Shown: piece after piece, positions 1 to 14,052 of the stretch | How the letters are laid out: every line of letters begins with the position of its first letter | Numbering within the stretch: the stretch's first letter is position 1 | Assembly (NCBI RefSeq): GCF_001194135.2 | Contig: NC_068990.1 | Span: 74,547,636-74,598,378, forward strand | DNA from: Octopus bimaculoides | Lineage: Eukaryota | Length of the DNA: 50,743 bases | Direction of reading: 5' to 3' | The notes under the pieces: model-generated | Seen by the model: only the letters and a program-made list of their open reading frames with translations | Told to the model about the DNA's origin: nothing | The model's database searches: none | Program-made: the position numbers and the translations under genes

Positions 1-85
1 AATGCAACCGCACTGAGAACCAACAACACACAGACCTTGTGTATGAGTGTTCTGTTTGGTTTATATACCTCGATCGGCGTCGCAT

Positions 86-456
86 CCACATGGTCCCGGG
101 TTCAGTCCCACTGCAAGGTACCTTGGGCAAGTGTCTTCTACTATAGCCTCGGGCCGACCAAAACATATGAGTGAATTTGGTAGAGGAAAACTGTAAGAAA
201 CCCGTCGTATATATGTATATATATGGATGTGTGTGTGAGTGTCTTTGTGTCTGTGTTCGTCTCCCCTCTACTGATCGACAACCGTTTCTGGTCTGTTTGT
301 GTCAACAAAACTTAACGGTTCGGCAAAAGAACCGATAGAATAAGTACCAGTCTTATAAGAAGTAAGTTCTGGGGTCGATATACTCTACCAAAATGTTTTC
401 ACAGCAGTGCCCCAGCATGATCGCAGTCAAATGACTGAAACAAGTAAAAGATAAAA
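86..456 (+). mobile_element. tRNA-derived SINE, group B, 5'-truncated
   Basis: Collinear with 49301-49723: B-box region (gggttcagtccc), ccttgggcaagtgtctt, internal (TA)/(TG) tract, and 3' module ending cagtcaaatgactgaaacaagtaaaag. Confidence 0.85.
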
Positions 457-760
457 GAAGCGATACCTTTTAAATATTTTAATGTAAGGAGGGTTGTTCT
501 GGGGGTGCTCTGGAGGACGAATTCAGTGTCCGTATTTGATGAAGCGTATTTCCGCAGAAACGCAAGTGTTGTATGGTTTGATGATATCATTCATAGTCCT
601 GAAGGGGGGGGGGGACTTCGTACATATTGTGTATATAAGAAAATTTTTCACCATGGACAATTTCCACAGCGATGGCTATTTTCACGTCCAAGTGTATACG
701 ACTGTTATAAATATAATTGTACACACCTGATTACAATACATACATGCACACACATATATA

Positions 761-805
<45 letters not shown>

Positions 806-1820
806 TTTCATATGTATCTATCTCTATATATATGTACATACGCACGCACACACACATATATATATACATGTACGTGTAGATTCATGGTATATACATTAAT
901 TTATATCGGTGTTAATTTATATAGTTGTTTGCGAATATGTATACGTGCGTGTATGTGTTATGAATGAGTGATCGTATGCGTTTATAAGAGTACAATACAG
1001 AAGAAAACGGAGAGAGAGGGGGAAGAGAGAGAGAGCTGGAGAGAGAGAGAGAGTAAGTGAGAGAGAGAAAGTGATAGAGTGAGTGCCGATAATTTTCTTT
1101 TCGGAGATGAGTTAGTGTTAGAATGGTATAAATAAATAAGAAAAAAAAAATGTTAGGGAAATGACAAACCTGATTGATGGCAATATAATCGAGAGAACAG
1201 TTTTGTCTGAAGAAATATTATTGAAAAGAAAAATTTGTTTTGTTTTGTTTTGTTCATCTTTCTTTTAACTTTGGTTTTCTCTTTCTTGTTTTTTTTTTTG
1301 TTTTTTTTCTTGTGTGTGTGTGTAACCTTGCTAATAATTCTTCTGTGATAAGAAAACAGTTACTGTTTTATTTACCACATGAAAGACAGACAACTGGTAT
1401 CAGGGGTGGGGATTGAAGGAGAAGNNNNNNNNNNNNNNNNNNNNNNNNNNNNNNNNNNNNNNNNNNNNNNNNNNNNNNNNNNNNNNNNNNNNNNNNNNNN
1501 NNNNNNNNNNNNNNNNNNNNNNNNNNNNNNNNNNNNNNNNNNNNNNNNNNNNNNNNNNNNNNNNNNNNNNNNNNNNNNNNNNNNNNNNNNNNNNNNNNNN
1601 NNNNNNNNNNNNNNNNNNNNNNNNNNNNNNNNNNNNNNNNNNNNNNNNNNNNNNNNNNNNNNNNNNNNNNNNNNNNNNNNNNNNNNNNNNNNNNNNNNNN
1701 NNNNNNNNNNNNNNNNNNNNNNNNNNNNNNNNNNNNNNNNNNNNNNNNNNNNNNNNNNNNNNNAAAAAAAAAAATATAAATAAATTACAAAACAAACAAA
1801 AGATGGAGAGGAAAAATTAT

Positions 1821-1859
<39 letters not shown>

Positions 1860-2699
1860 AAAAATATAAAAAGAAATGTATGGAAAGTCTAAAAAGCAAG
1901 GTCAGACAAGTGATTGATGTTGTCTGAGGAAAGGCAATTGGGTCTTGTCCATGTTACGAATGATACTTCATGGTTGTTTCAGGGTTTTTTTTTCTTTCTC
2001 GCCGGTGTGGAATGGTGAGAAGGAATTTTTTCTTTTTTTTTTAGAGAGAGAGAGAGAGATGAGCGGGGGTGGGGGAGAAGGAAATTTTTTGTTTATTGTA
2101 CTTTTCTTTCTGCTTATTCTTTTCTTATTTATGGTCAATATAAATTTTTTTTTCGGTCAGTTTTAAATACTTTTTATTAATAATATTTTTATTATTTCTT
2201 GTGTTATTCTCCTTTCTTTTTTGATTAAATGTCTTTGTATTTTGTTTTCTTTGTGTATTTTTCTATATTTTTCTCCAGAGAGAAAGGTGTTGTGTATATG
2301 CACGTGTATGTATCAATAAGCTTTTCTTTTTGTCTTTGCTATATACATTCGCAGTTATATATAATTTTTGCAGTTATTACTATTGTTATTGCTATTTTTC
2401 TTTCTTCATTCACCTATTATTTAAGGATTATTTACGCCCCTCTGTTTTGGACATCATGCGCTATTTTATTTGTTTTTTCACCTCTTTCATCCTCCGTTTT
2501 TATTGCTTTATCTGTTTTACACATAGATGCAAGACAATGTACGATGTACGATATATTTTCTACAAGATGTTGGTCATTACATCGTAACGTCTTCGTCTCT
2601 CATCATGATCTTTACTTAATATATAAAACTTATACATTCAACGTGCAAATAAATTCATATACGTGTGCGCGTGAATATGTATGGTGACACACATAATAT

Positions 2700-2959
2700 A
2701 AAATCTATATGATATTTGTATATATGTATGTATATCTATTTGTATTTATATATATACATACATANNNNNNNNNNATGTATACATATATATATGTATGTAT
2801 ATATACATATATATACACACATATATAAATAAATATATATGCGTAGATATATGCATATATATACAAGTATATTTATATCTATATATATAGATAGACAAAT
2901 AGATAGATTGATATACACATATTCAAACACACATTACATGCATACATAAATACATATAT

Positions 2960-3003
<44 letters not shown>

Positions 3004-3033
3004 TAAAGATATATATATGTGTATATACATACT

Positions 3034-3090
<57 letters not shown>
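2700..3090. repeat. Compound (TA)n/(TACA)n microsatellite
   Basis: Direct inspection; contains a 9-nt gap. Confidence 0.9.
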
Positions 3091-3093
<3 letters not shown>

Positions 3094-3610
3094 TATAAGA
3101 CAAGAAGTTTTTTGAATGACAACGATAGAGAGTAGACAAAAAATATAACTTCATTTTTTTCCCGATATGAGTATGTTGTTTTCTTTGTTTCGTATTTGTA
3201 TCATATACAGATTATAAATCGTATTATTGCAATATTTTGCTTGTAAATACTCTATATGATGCATTTTTCTGTTGTGTGTTCTAGCTTACTTCATTGGAAA
3301 AAAAAGAAAAAAAGCCAAATATGAATATGATTTATTCAGTTGTATGTGTATTTATGTGAAAATGGAAGGTCACTGTGTCTATGTGTCAACGTGGGTGCAT
3401 ATGTATTTGAGTAAGTCTGTATTAGCTTTGGTGATTGTGCACGTGAAAAATTCACTGTCCTTTACATTTATTGTAAATCTAACGCGTCTTTTGGACAGGG
3501 GAAATGGTAAATGGTAACTAGGGAAAGTGCTATATATACGCCAAAAGCAAAAATAACAATAATAAAATTAGAGAAATATGTGCGTGCATGCGTGATTGTA
3601 AGTATAAATG

Positions 3611-3612
<2 letters not shown>

Positions 3613-3658
<46 letters not shown>
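3613..3658. repeat. (TG)n microsatellite
   Basis: Pure TG run. Confidence 0.95.
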
Positions 3659-3660
<2 letters not shown>

Positions 3661-3998
3661 GATATATATATATTCCATCAGGTATGTTGATCTTGCTTTT
3701 TACCATCAGTTTTATTTTATGATTACGAGTTATTTATGCAAATATATTTACAACGTATACGGTCTCTGAGTAAATAAGAGTTTTCTTATTATTCCGTCCC
3801 ACATCTAATATATTGTATATTTGTCTGATCATATCTGGTTGGAATACCCCCAGTCTGCAGCCAATCCAAAACTGTATCAACTAGACATTTTCAAATATTG
3901 AATTTAATTCCTTAAAAATTTGTATTATGATAAATAACCGGTGAATATATTTTGTTCATAATTTCACAATTCGTTATATTTGATTTTTAATCTTATAT

Positions 3999-4241
3999 TC
4001 TTTATTTGTTTCAGTCATTGGACTGCGGCCACCACTTCAAGGAGTTAGTCGAACAAATCGACCTTAGCACTTATTTTTTAAAAGTCTTGTACGTATCTTA
4101 TCTGTTCCTTAAATTTCTTTTTCTTGAACCTGTAAGTTACGGGACATGAACAAAACAACACTGGTTGTCAAGCTGTGGTGGGAGAAAAAATAATGATACA
4201 TACACACACACACACACACATACATACATTCATACGTATGT

Positions 4242-4290
<49 letters not shown>

Positions 4291-4445
4291 TGTGCTTATA
4301 ACGGGCTTCTTTCAGTTTCTGTCTATCAAATCCGCTCACTAGGCTTTGACACCGGAGCTGTAATAGAAGACGCCCAAGTTTCCATGCACTGCAGTTGAAC
4401 AAGAAGCCTTGTTGTTAGGAAGCAATCAGCTATAAAACCAGTGAC
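3999..4445 (-). mobile_element. SINE group B, near full-length and diverged, with expanded internal (CA)n/(TG)n
   Basis: Reverse complement matches both halves of 49301-49723 (acgggcttctttcagttt at 4301; tttcagtcatt at about 4010). Confidence 0.8.
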
Positions 4446-4836
4446 ACAACAAGGGCTGGGACAGCGAAAATCAATGCACTTCAGTTTATATATATATATA
4501 TGTGTATATATATAGACCTAGGAACCAATAGTGGTACATCCCCACCCTTGAAAACACTGGAAATTCCGAACTAGCGCTCACTGACGCATGCATTTTAAAG
4601 TCATACGCTTCATCAGTTTAGGATTTAAAATTGAAAATATATGGCCACACACATTGGCAAAAGTTTTATTTGAAACCATACCTGGCCATGCTGTTCCTGT
4701 TATGGAAGCAAGCTTCATTTAACTTTTCTAATTCTTTTACCCTCTCATTTCATTCTCAACATAGTTCCTCAACGACATTACTTTTACTTTTTTTCTTTTT
4801 GTTTTTGTATTTTGCACTTTAATGTGTATCTCTTAT

Positions 4837-5049
4837 AAGGCGGTGATCTGGCAGAATAGTTAGAACACCGAGCAGAAATCTTGGCGGCAGTTTGTCCGTC
4901 TTTACGTTCTGAGTTCAAATTCCACCGAAGTTGACTTTAGCTTTCATCCTTTCTGAGTCGATGAAAACAGTACCAGTTGAATACTGGGATCGATATAATC
5001 TACTTACCGTCTCCCTGAAATTGCTGGCTTGTGTCAAATTTTGAAACCA
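4837..5049 (+). mobile_element. tRNA-derived SINE, group C
   Basis: aaggcggtgatctggcagaat head, B-box gagttcaaattcc, central ctttcatcctttc...gtcgat...gtaccagttga module; homologous to 37278-37494. Confidence 0.85.
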
Positions 5050-5123
5050 ATATGTGTAGGTCTTCTGCTATGCATAACAAGTGCTTGGTAACGTCAGATT
5101 GATATTTGTACATATAGCTTTCA

Positions 5124-5323
5124 TCTTTTACTCGCTTCAGTCAACAGCTGGGGTAGCGCCTTGAGGCATTTTAATCGAATGAATCGATCCAAGTACATTT
5201 TATAAGGCCTGGTACTTATTGTATATGTTTCTATTTGCCAAGCTGCTAAGTTACGGGGACGTAAACGCACCAACACTGGTTTCAAGTGGTGGTAAGTGAC
5301 AAATATAAACGCAAAGATACACG
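5124..5323 (-). mobile_element. SINE group B, 3' half
   Basis: Contains ctaagttacggggacgtaaac and ggtacttatt, the reverse complement of the group B 3' module. Confidence 0.75.
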
Positions 5324-5513
5324 CTTATATATANNNNNNNNNNNNNNNNNNNNNNNNNNNNNNNNNNNNNNNNNNNNNNNNNNNNNNNNNNNNNNNNNNN
5401 NNATATATATATATATATACGTGAGTCTTTGTGTGCGTGTATGTGTGTATATATATGTATGTGTGTGTATATATACATATATATACACGTATATCTTTGT
5501 GTGTGTGTATACA

Positions 5514-6737
5514 CAGGGTGCGTAAGGTAATTGATGGCATGTACTTTTGGGGTCAATGCTGCATGCTTTGATAACTCTGTATAACCTTTGTTTCAGAAAA
5601 TAATAATGACAGACCCTCAGCTTGCTCAAGAAATGAAGTGGCATGCTGTTATTGTGGTTATAAAGGTTGAGCATAGCGATTTAGAAATATCTCGATGTTT
5701 AAAAGTTGCTAGATCTTTCGTCTACAAAGTATGTAGAGAGCTAGAGTCTGAAGATGGAAACAGCATCGGTATCAAAGCATAAAAAAACATTCTAAATGCT
5801 CTAAAATCATCAGAACACCTGAATTTATCCAGCAAGTTCAACAGACCATTGATTACGATACTAGAAAGTCCATGAGGACAGTTGCAAAAGGTCTCCACGT
5901 GACATAAGGAAGTCAGAAATGTTGTCCACGAAGATTTCAGATCAGATATAAGTCTTATATGAGGAGGAAAGGTCAATTTGTCAGAAAAAGCAAAAGGAAA
6001 TCACTGCAACAGATCTAAAAGGCTCTTAAACAAATTGAAAAATCCAGCAGAAGATCTGATTTTTTTTTTTTTTTTCAACGAGAAAAACTTCGACCAACAT
6101 CAAAAATTAACAGAAGAAATGACAGATTGTTCTGTGCAAACCCTTCTGAAGTTCCAAGTGTTATGCATACAAAATTTCCTGCAACCGTCATGGTTTCAAG
6201 GCTTGTCAGCAATGAAGGATATGTGATACCTCCTTACTTCTTTCCACAAGGCCTTAGAGTTAACTCTGCCACCTACATTGAGGTTCCGGAAATAATTGTT
6301 AAACCTTGGATAGACAGTCTGTGCAACGGAAGGCTATATGTGTTTCAGTAACACTCTGCACTATCACACATGGTTCTAGTAACACAGGAATGGATGGCTT
6401 AAAATGTTCATATCACATAACCCCTGACATTTGGCCTCCTTATTCCCCATATCTCAATCCATCGGACTATTACATGCGGAGTGCTGTTGAGAGAGAGATC
6501 ACTGAACACGCCCATAGCACCAAAGATTCTTTGAAAGCTGCCATAGTCAGAGTAATGTCCAAAATGAACCAGGACCACTTGATTCGAGCATGTGGATGAC
6601 TTAGATCTCATATAGAAGCAGTTGTTGAAGCTGAAGGTGGCTTTATTGAATCATAGTATAGAAAAGAATGTTTATTTATCCCTCATAGCATTCTTTGATA
6701 AATAAAGTTATTATCTGTTATTTGTTTTTTTTAAGGT
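5514..6737 (+). mobile_element. Decayed Tc1/mariner DNA transposon, DD37D (maT-type); right TIR lost in the gap
   Basis: Left end CAGGGTG sits in a TA-rich tract. The broken transposase at 5606-6656 runs from an N-terminal HTH-like MKWHAVIV..LEISRCLKVARSFVYKV through FS(N)EKNFD, VMHTKFPATVMV, YVFQ*(H)SA and IWPPYSPYLNPSDYY to EAEGGFIE. After repairing one 1-nt frameshift, 37 residues separate catalytic positions 2 and 3. D1 is mutated to N and D2 to H, with several stops. Confidence 0.9.
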
Positions 6738-7706
6738 NNNNNNNNNNNNNNNNNNNNNNNNNNNNNNNNNNNNNNNNNNNNNNNNNNNNNNNNNNNNNNN
6801 NNNNNNNNNNNNNNNNNNNNNNNNNNNNNNNNNNNNNNNNNNNNNNNNNNNNNNNNNNNNNNNNNNNNNNNNNNNNNNNNNNNNNNNNNNNNNNNNNNNN
6901 NNNNNNNNNNNNNNNNNNNNNNNNNNNNNNNNNNNNNNNNNNNNNNNNNNNNNNNNNNNNNNNNNNNNNNNNNNNNNNNNNNNNNNNNNNNNNNNNNNNN
7001 NNNNNNNNNNNNNNNNNNNNNNNNNNNNNNNNNNNNNNNNNNNNNNNNNNNNNNNNNNNNNNNNNNNNNNNNNNNNNNNNNNNNNNNNNNNNNNNNNNNN
7101 NNNNNNNNNNNNNNNNNNNNNNNNNNNNNNNNNNNNNNNNNNNNNNNNNNNNNNNNNNNNNNNNNNNNNNNNNNNNNNNNNNNNNNNNNNNNNNNNNNNN
7201 NNNNNNNNNNNNNNNNNNNNNNNNNNNNNNNNNNNNNNNNNNNNNNNNNNNNNNNNNNNNNNNNNNNNNNNNNNNNNNNNNNNNNNNNNNNNNNNNNNNN
7301 NNNNNNNNNNNNNNNNNNNNNNNNNNNNNNNNNNNNNNNNNNNNNNNNNNNNNNNNNNNNNNNNNNNNNNNNNNNNNNNNNNNNNNNNNNNNNNNNNNNN
7401 NNNNNNNNNNNNNNNNNNNNNNNNNNNNNNNNNNNNNNNNNNNNNNNNNNNNNNNNNNNNNNNNNNNNNNNNNNNNNNNNNNNNNNNNNNNNNNNNNNNN
7501 NNNNNNNNNNNNNNNNNNNNNNNNNNNNNNNNNNNNNNNNNNNNNNNNNNNNNNNNNNNNNNNNNNNNNNNNNNNNNNNNNNNNNNNNNNNNNNNNNNNN
7601 NNNNNNNNNNNNNNNNNNNNNNNNNNNNNNNNNNNNNNNNNNNNNNNNNNNNNNNNNNNNNNNNNNNNNNNNNNNNNNNNNNNNNNNNNNNNNTACTAAC
7701 ATAAAA

Positions 7707-7776
7707 GCCGCAGTGAGACTGAACCCGGAACCATGTGGTTGGGAAGTTAGCTTCTTACCACACAGCACGCTGCGTC
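7707..7776 (-). mobile_element. SINE group B head fragment
   Basis: gactgaacccggaaccatgtggtt...cttaccacacagc is the reverse complement of the 49301 head. Confidence 0.85.
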
Positions 7777-8150
7777 TATATTACAAAAGTTAGAAAGAAA
7801 CGGTAAAAATAGACGAGAACGGCGCGAAAATGTAACGGAAAACATAACATTATGTTTTCGCCCAGTATTCGTCTGTTTTTCTCTTTTCCAACTTTTGAAA
7901 TATTTACCCTCTCCTACAAGGAAGTTCTAGCGACAACTAGAGCTCCTTCACTCCCAATTGTCAGTATGCTTGTTAACCCATTTCTTAGAGCCTGACAGGC
8001 GCTATTAGTCTGGATCAGAGTAAACATGGGAACAAATAGTAGCTAAGAGGTACTTCCTCATCTTGAAAAACCTGAAACTCATGAAGTAGGGCGCTACTAT
8101 TGTTTGCAGTTTAAAGTCAGAGTTAAGACACTACATACATACATAATAAT

Positions 8151-8472
8151 GGCATTCGGTTGGTTGCGACGACTTGGGTTCCAGTTGATCGATGCGATCA
8201 AAGGAACACCCTGCTCGTGAAATTAACGTGCGTGTGGCTGAGCACTCCACAGACACGTGTACCCTTAACGTAGTTCTCGGGGAGATTCAGCGTGACAGAG
8301 TGTGCACAGATTGGCCCTTTGAAATACAGGTACTACTCATTTTTTGCCCGGCAGAGTGGACTGGAGTAACGTGAAATAAAGTGTCTTGCTCAAGGACACA
8401 ACGCCACGGCGGGAATTGAACTCATAACCTTACGATCGTGAGCTGAATGCCCTAACCACTAAGTCACCCGCC
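8151..8472 (-). mobile_element. tRNA-derived SINE, group A (CORE-like centre), full-length
   Basis: Reverse complement of 46709-47030, with A/B boxes and the tccttgagcaagacact motif. Confidence 0.9.
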
Positions 8473-8559
8473 TTCATTTCACACATGCCTTCACTTCTCA
8501 TATATACATGCATGCTTACATCCATGCATGCATACATACATACATACATACATACATAA

Positions 8560-9072
8560 GACATAAGAAACCACAGTATGATAGAAGCCATAGCCACTCA
8601 TAATAAAATGGAATACTGATTGAATATCCCAGTGAAAACCTCAAGAAAATGTAAACTTAATACACATGACATAGTGATTTTGGATAGAGAAAAGAAACTG
8701 AGAGTTTTGGAAATCAGCTGCCCAGCGGATGTTAACATAAAGCTGATGATCAGCGAAAAAGAAACTATTTACGCTGAACTATTGAGAAATCTGAAGTTAT
8801 TATATTCAGATTATAAGTTCAGGTTCATACCTGCAATTATTGGGGCACTGGAATATGTAACACCCTATCTAAACACCAGTCTTGAGAAATAAGGCTTCTC
8901 AAAATCAGAATGGAGAATGTTGATTCGAAGACTACAGATCCAAATCATCACTGGAACTGTAAAAATCTGTAAAACTTTCCAGGCTATCATTTAAGTATAT
9001 ATGTGCATGTCTAGACATGCACCTATATGCATGAGAATACATACATAAAAGAAACATACAACTCTGCACACA

Positions 9073-9106
<34 letters not shown>

Positions 9107-9212
9107 CAAAAATATCATGTACTTGTTGAAATTCCAATGAAGGGGGCCTAGGATCAAATTTAGGAACCTGCTCCTTTCCTTGAAATAAAACTTGAAATAA
9201 AATTGAATAATG
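8560..9212 (+). mobile_element. 5'-truncated non-LTR retrotransposon, restriction-like endonuclease (RLE) type, R4/Dong-like
   Basis: Frame 8560-8994 with two internal stops reads EY*LNIPVKT..KCKLNTHDIVILDREKKL..LEISCPAD...KE..Y..L...IIGALEYV...TGTVKICKTF, a PD-(D/E)xK RLE C-terminus. It is followed by a putative 3' UTR. Confidence 0.85.
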
Positions 9213-9450
9213 ACATACATCTCCATGATATCTGTGATTATAAAAACTTGCAGACCTTGGTTAAGATTTAAAGGAAGATTGTTCAACCAAGATGCTTTCC
9301 TTCTTGCTACCAAGTAGGTGGCCGGTCAAAATTTACTCTAAAATTAAAACGAGAAAGAGAGCATACATATATACATTTATGTGGTATGTATATATTATAT
9401 TCAGAAAAGTTAAAGAAAAATTGGAAGATTCAGGAATATCAATTTTTTAC

Positions 9451-9495
<45 letters not shown>

Positions 9496-9545
9496 AATAT
9501 CTTTGTGTGTATGTGTGTGTTTGTGTATATGTATGTATGTATATT

Positions 9546-9710
9546 TGAATGATAAATCTTCTGGTAAGTTTTACAGATTTTTACAGTTCCATTGATGACT
9601 TGAATCTGTAGTCTTCGAATCAACTTTCTCCTTCCTGGTTTCGAGAAGCCTAATTTCTCAAGATTGGTATTTAGACAGTGTGTTGCATATCACATTGTCC
9701 CGATAATCAT
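9546..9710 (-). mobile_element. Second fragment of the same RLE LINE C-terminus, inverted
   Basis: Reverse complement contains cttgagaaattaggcttctc...ttgattcgaagactacagat...ggaactgtaaaaatctgtaaaact, matching about 8830-8994. Confidence 0.85.
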
Positions 9711-10009
9711 AGGGAGAGAGAGAGAGAGAGATAGAGAGAGATGCAGTCTATGGCTGGCTGCACGTATATCAGTGTATGTATTATATATGTATACAAGTGG
9801 GAACATAGGAAAAAGTGGGAGAAAGATGGAAAAAGAGATATAGAGACAGAGGGAAAGAGAAGGAGGAAAATAGATAGAGAAAGCGGACGGTGGGGCGAGA
9901 AAGAGAAATACACATTGGTAAATAGGCTGACGCATAGATGGATGGACTGATAAATTTACACATGCAGCTGAAATATATGCGTACATATATATACACATAT
10001 ACACGCGCG

Positions 10010-10011
<2 letters not shown>

Positions 10012-10096
<85 letters not shown>
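10012..10096. repeat. (TG)n microsatellite
   Basis: Pure TG run of about 85 bp. Confidence 0.95.
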
Positions 10097-10101
<5 letters not shown>

Positions 10102-10200
10102 CATACTTATCTATAAGGCGCATGAATGAATGGCAAATTCATATGCAGAAGCAGCAGTCAGTGAGTACAAATGTTGTTCTTGACCTTTTTTTTAATGCAG

Positions 10201-10224
10201 ATCTCCAGCTGTGGGAGTTATTTG
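10201..10224 (+). other. Candidate 24-nt micro-exon
   Basis: ttttttttaatgcag|ATCTCCAGCTGTGGGAGTTATTTG|gtatgt; length divisible by 3 and no stop within the segment in any frame. Confidence 0.25.
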
Positions 10225-10619
10225 GTATGTTTGGAAAATTTCCTTTGAAGTTTGATAATATAGTTGCAAATATCTGTCACCATTAAAGCATTAGTAGTAT
10301 CTGAATAAAGACGTCAATGAAAGGAGGGCAGACTTGCATTGGAGGGGAGGGAAAGAAGGCGCTGGTTGGCAGAAAGATTGGTGTGATGTTTGGTCATAAA
10401 GACACCTTTAGACAAGACGTGTGTGATGTGACGATTTTGCTTGTTTGTTTGCTTTTGTTTCATTCCTTTCCAGCAGTTTAGTCCAAAAGAATTAATGATC
10501 AAAAACGGAAGAATATGAGACAGGGGAAGAGCTATTAACCAATATTTGAGGTGGAGCGTGATGAGTCATTCATTGGTAAGCTTGAAGTGGCTGGCATCAT
10601 GCGAAAGAAGAACGCTGTA

Positions 10620-12610
<1,991 letters not shown>

Positions 12611-12916
12611 CTTGTGGTTTTGTATTAATGGTTCACAGTGGCAGTTATCATGATGCTCGTTGTTTTTGTTCTGCTTTTTTCCTCACTTCAATCTTTACAC
12701 CACTGACTATCCAGCCACGACCAGCCCATCTCTTATTCAGACATGATAATATTGAAATGTGTTGAGCATATAATATGAGGAAAATTTGACTCTTATATCT
12801 AGCGGACTGAGCCTCTGTGTCGTTATTCAACGTCAAGTAGGTTCAGACCGCTTTGACAAAACAGTATTTAAATTTTTTATTTAGTTATTTATTTATTTAT
12901 TATTATTATTATTATT

Positions 12917-13470
12917 GAGTGGGAGAGCAGTGCATGCCATCAAAGTGACACTGAGGTAAAATATACGAAGCCCAGTATACCCATCATGACTACCCGTCTG
13001 ATAAGTGTACGCCAGGCACATGCATCACAACCATCTGTGCGCGACATGGTGATTTCATATCAAGATTAACAGGGCATGACCTCGCAGGTGGGGCCCAGTC
13101 AGAATTTTCTTCAGGTCGAGTAGCCCATCCCGCTCAAAAGGTCCCTGAATAAGGTTTGTTTAAGGATGTTGAGCAAGACACCCGTGTTTCCAAAAGTGAA
13201 TTATTCAAACCCCAAAGAATTCCTCTCGACACATGGCTATGATGTTCCACCACTACTTCTGCTCACGATCAGAGATGCACATATCTTCAGCCACCAAGGG
13301 ACATGCTCAACTGGTTAAGGTCAAACACCTGACAAGCAAATCTGTGGTATTGAGCAGAATATTTGCTGTAGCCCATCTTTTATACCAAGACAAAACAAGG
13401 TACTTGATAACACTTCCAATCAATTAAGATCAGAAACCATGAGAGCCACTGCCTGGTATTGCATCCGGGC

Positions 13471-13471
<1 letters not shown>
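12917..13471 (-). mobile_element. ORF-less ~555 bp interspersed element flanked by (AAT)n on both sides
   Basis: A closely matching copy lies at 36286-36638 and a terminal fragment at 29774-29835. No tRNA boxes, TIRs or ORF were seen. Strand is inferred from the truncation pattern. Confidence 0.75.
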
Positions 13472-13524
<53 letters not shown>

Positions 13525-13535
13525 CATTATTATTA

Positions 13536-13585
<50 letters not shown>

Positions 13586-13634
13586 GTTATTATTATTATT
13601 ATTATTGTTATTGTTATTATTATTATTATTATTG

Positions 13635-13677
<43 letters not shown>

Positions 13678-13682
13678 CATTA
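13472..13682. repeat. (ATT)n microsatellite
   Basis: Direct inspection. Confidence 0.95.
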
Positions 13683-14052
13683 TTACCCCCCGAAGGCGGA
13701 TGTATTGCTTTCAGTCGTGTTTGTTTGTTTGTTTGTGTGTCTGTCCGTTGACAAGATATCTCAAGAACCGATAGATGGATTCGGATGAAACTTTCAGGAA
13801 TGTTTGGCCCCGTGACTGGCACGAACTGATTAGATTTTGGGGTCGATCCGGCAGCGCACAAGGATTCTAGATTATATTTTTCTTTTCCTTTTTTACTTAA
13901 TTTATGAGAGCGATCACTTTCATTTTTAGTATTCTTATTTGTGAGAGCAGTCGAGTTTATTTCAGATATTCTCATTTTAAAAATCATCTCCGGCTAATCG
14001 TTGAGAGGACGTTGCCGTTGGCTTGCGGGAAGTTTGCGCTCTCTTAATGCTT

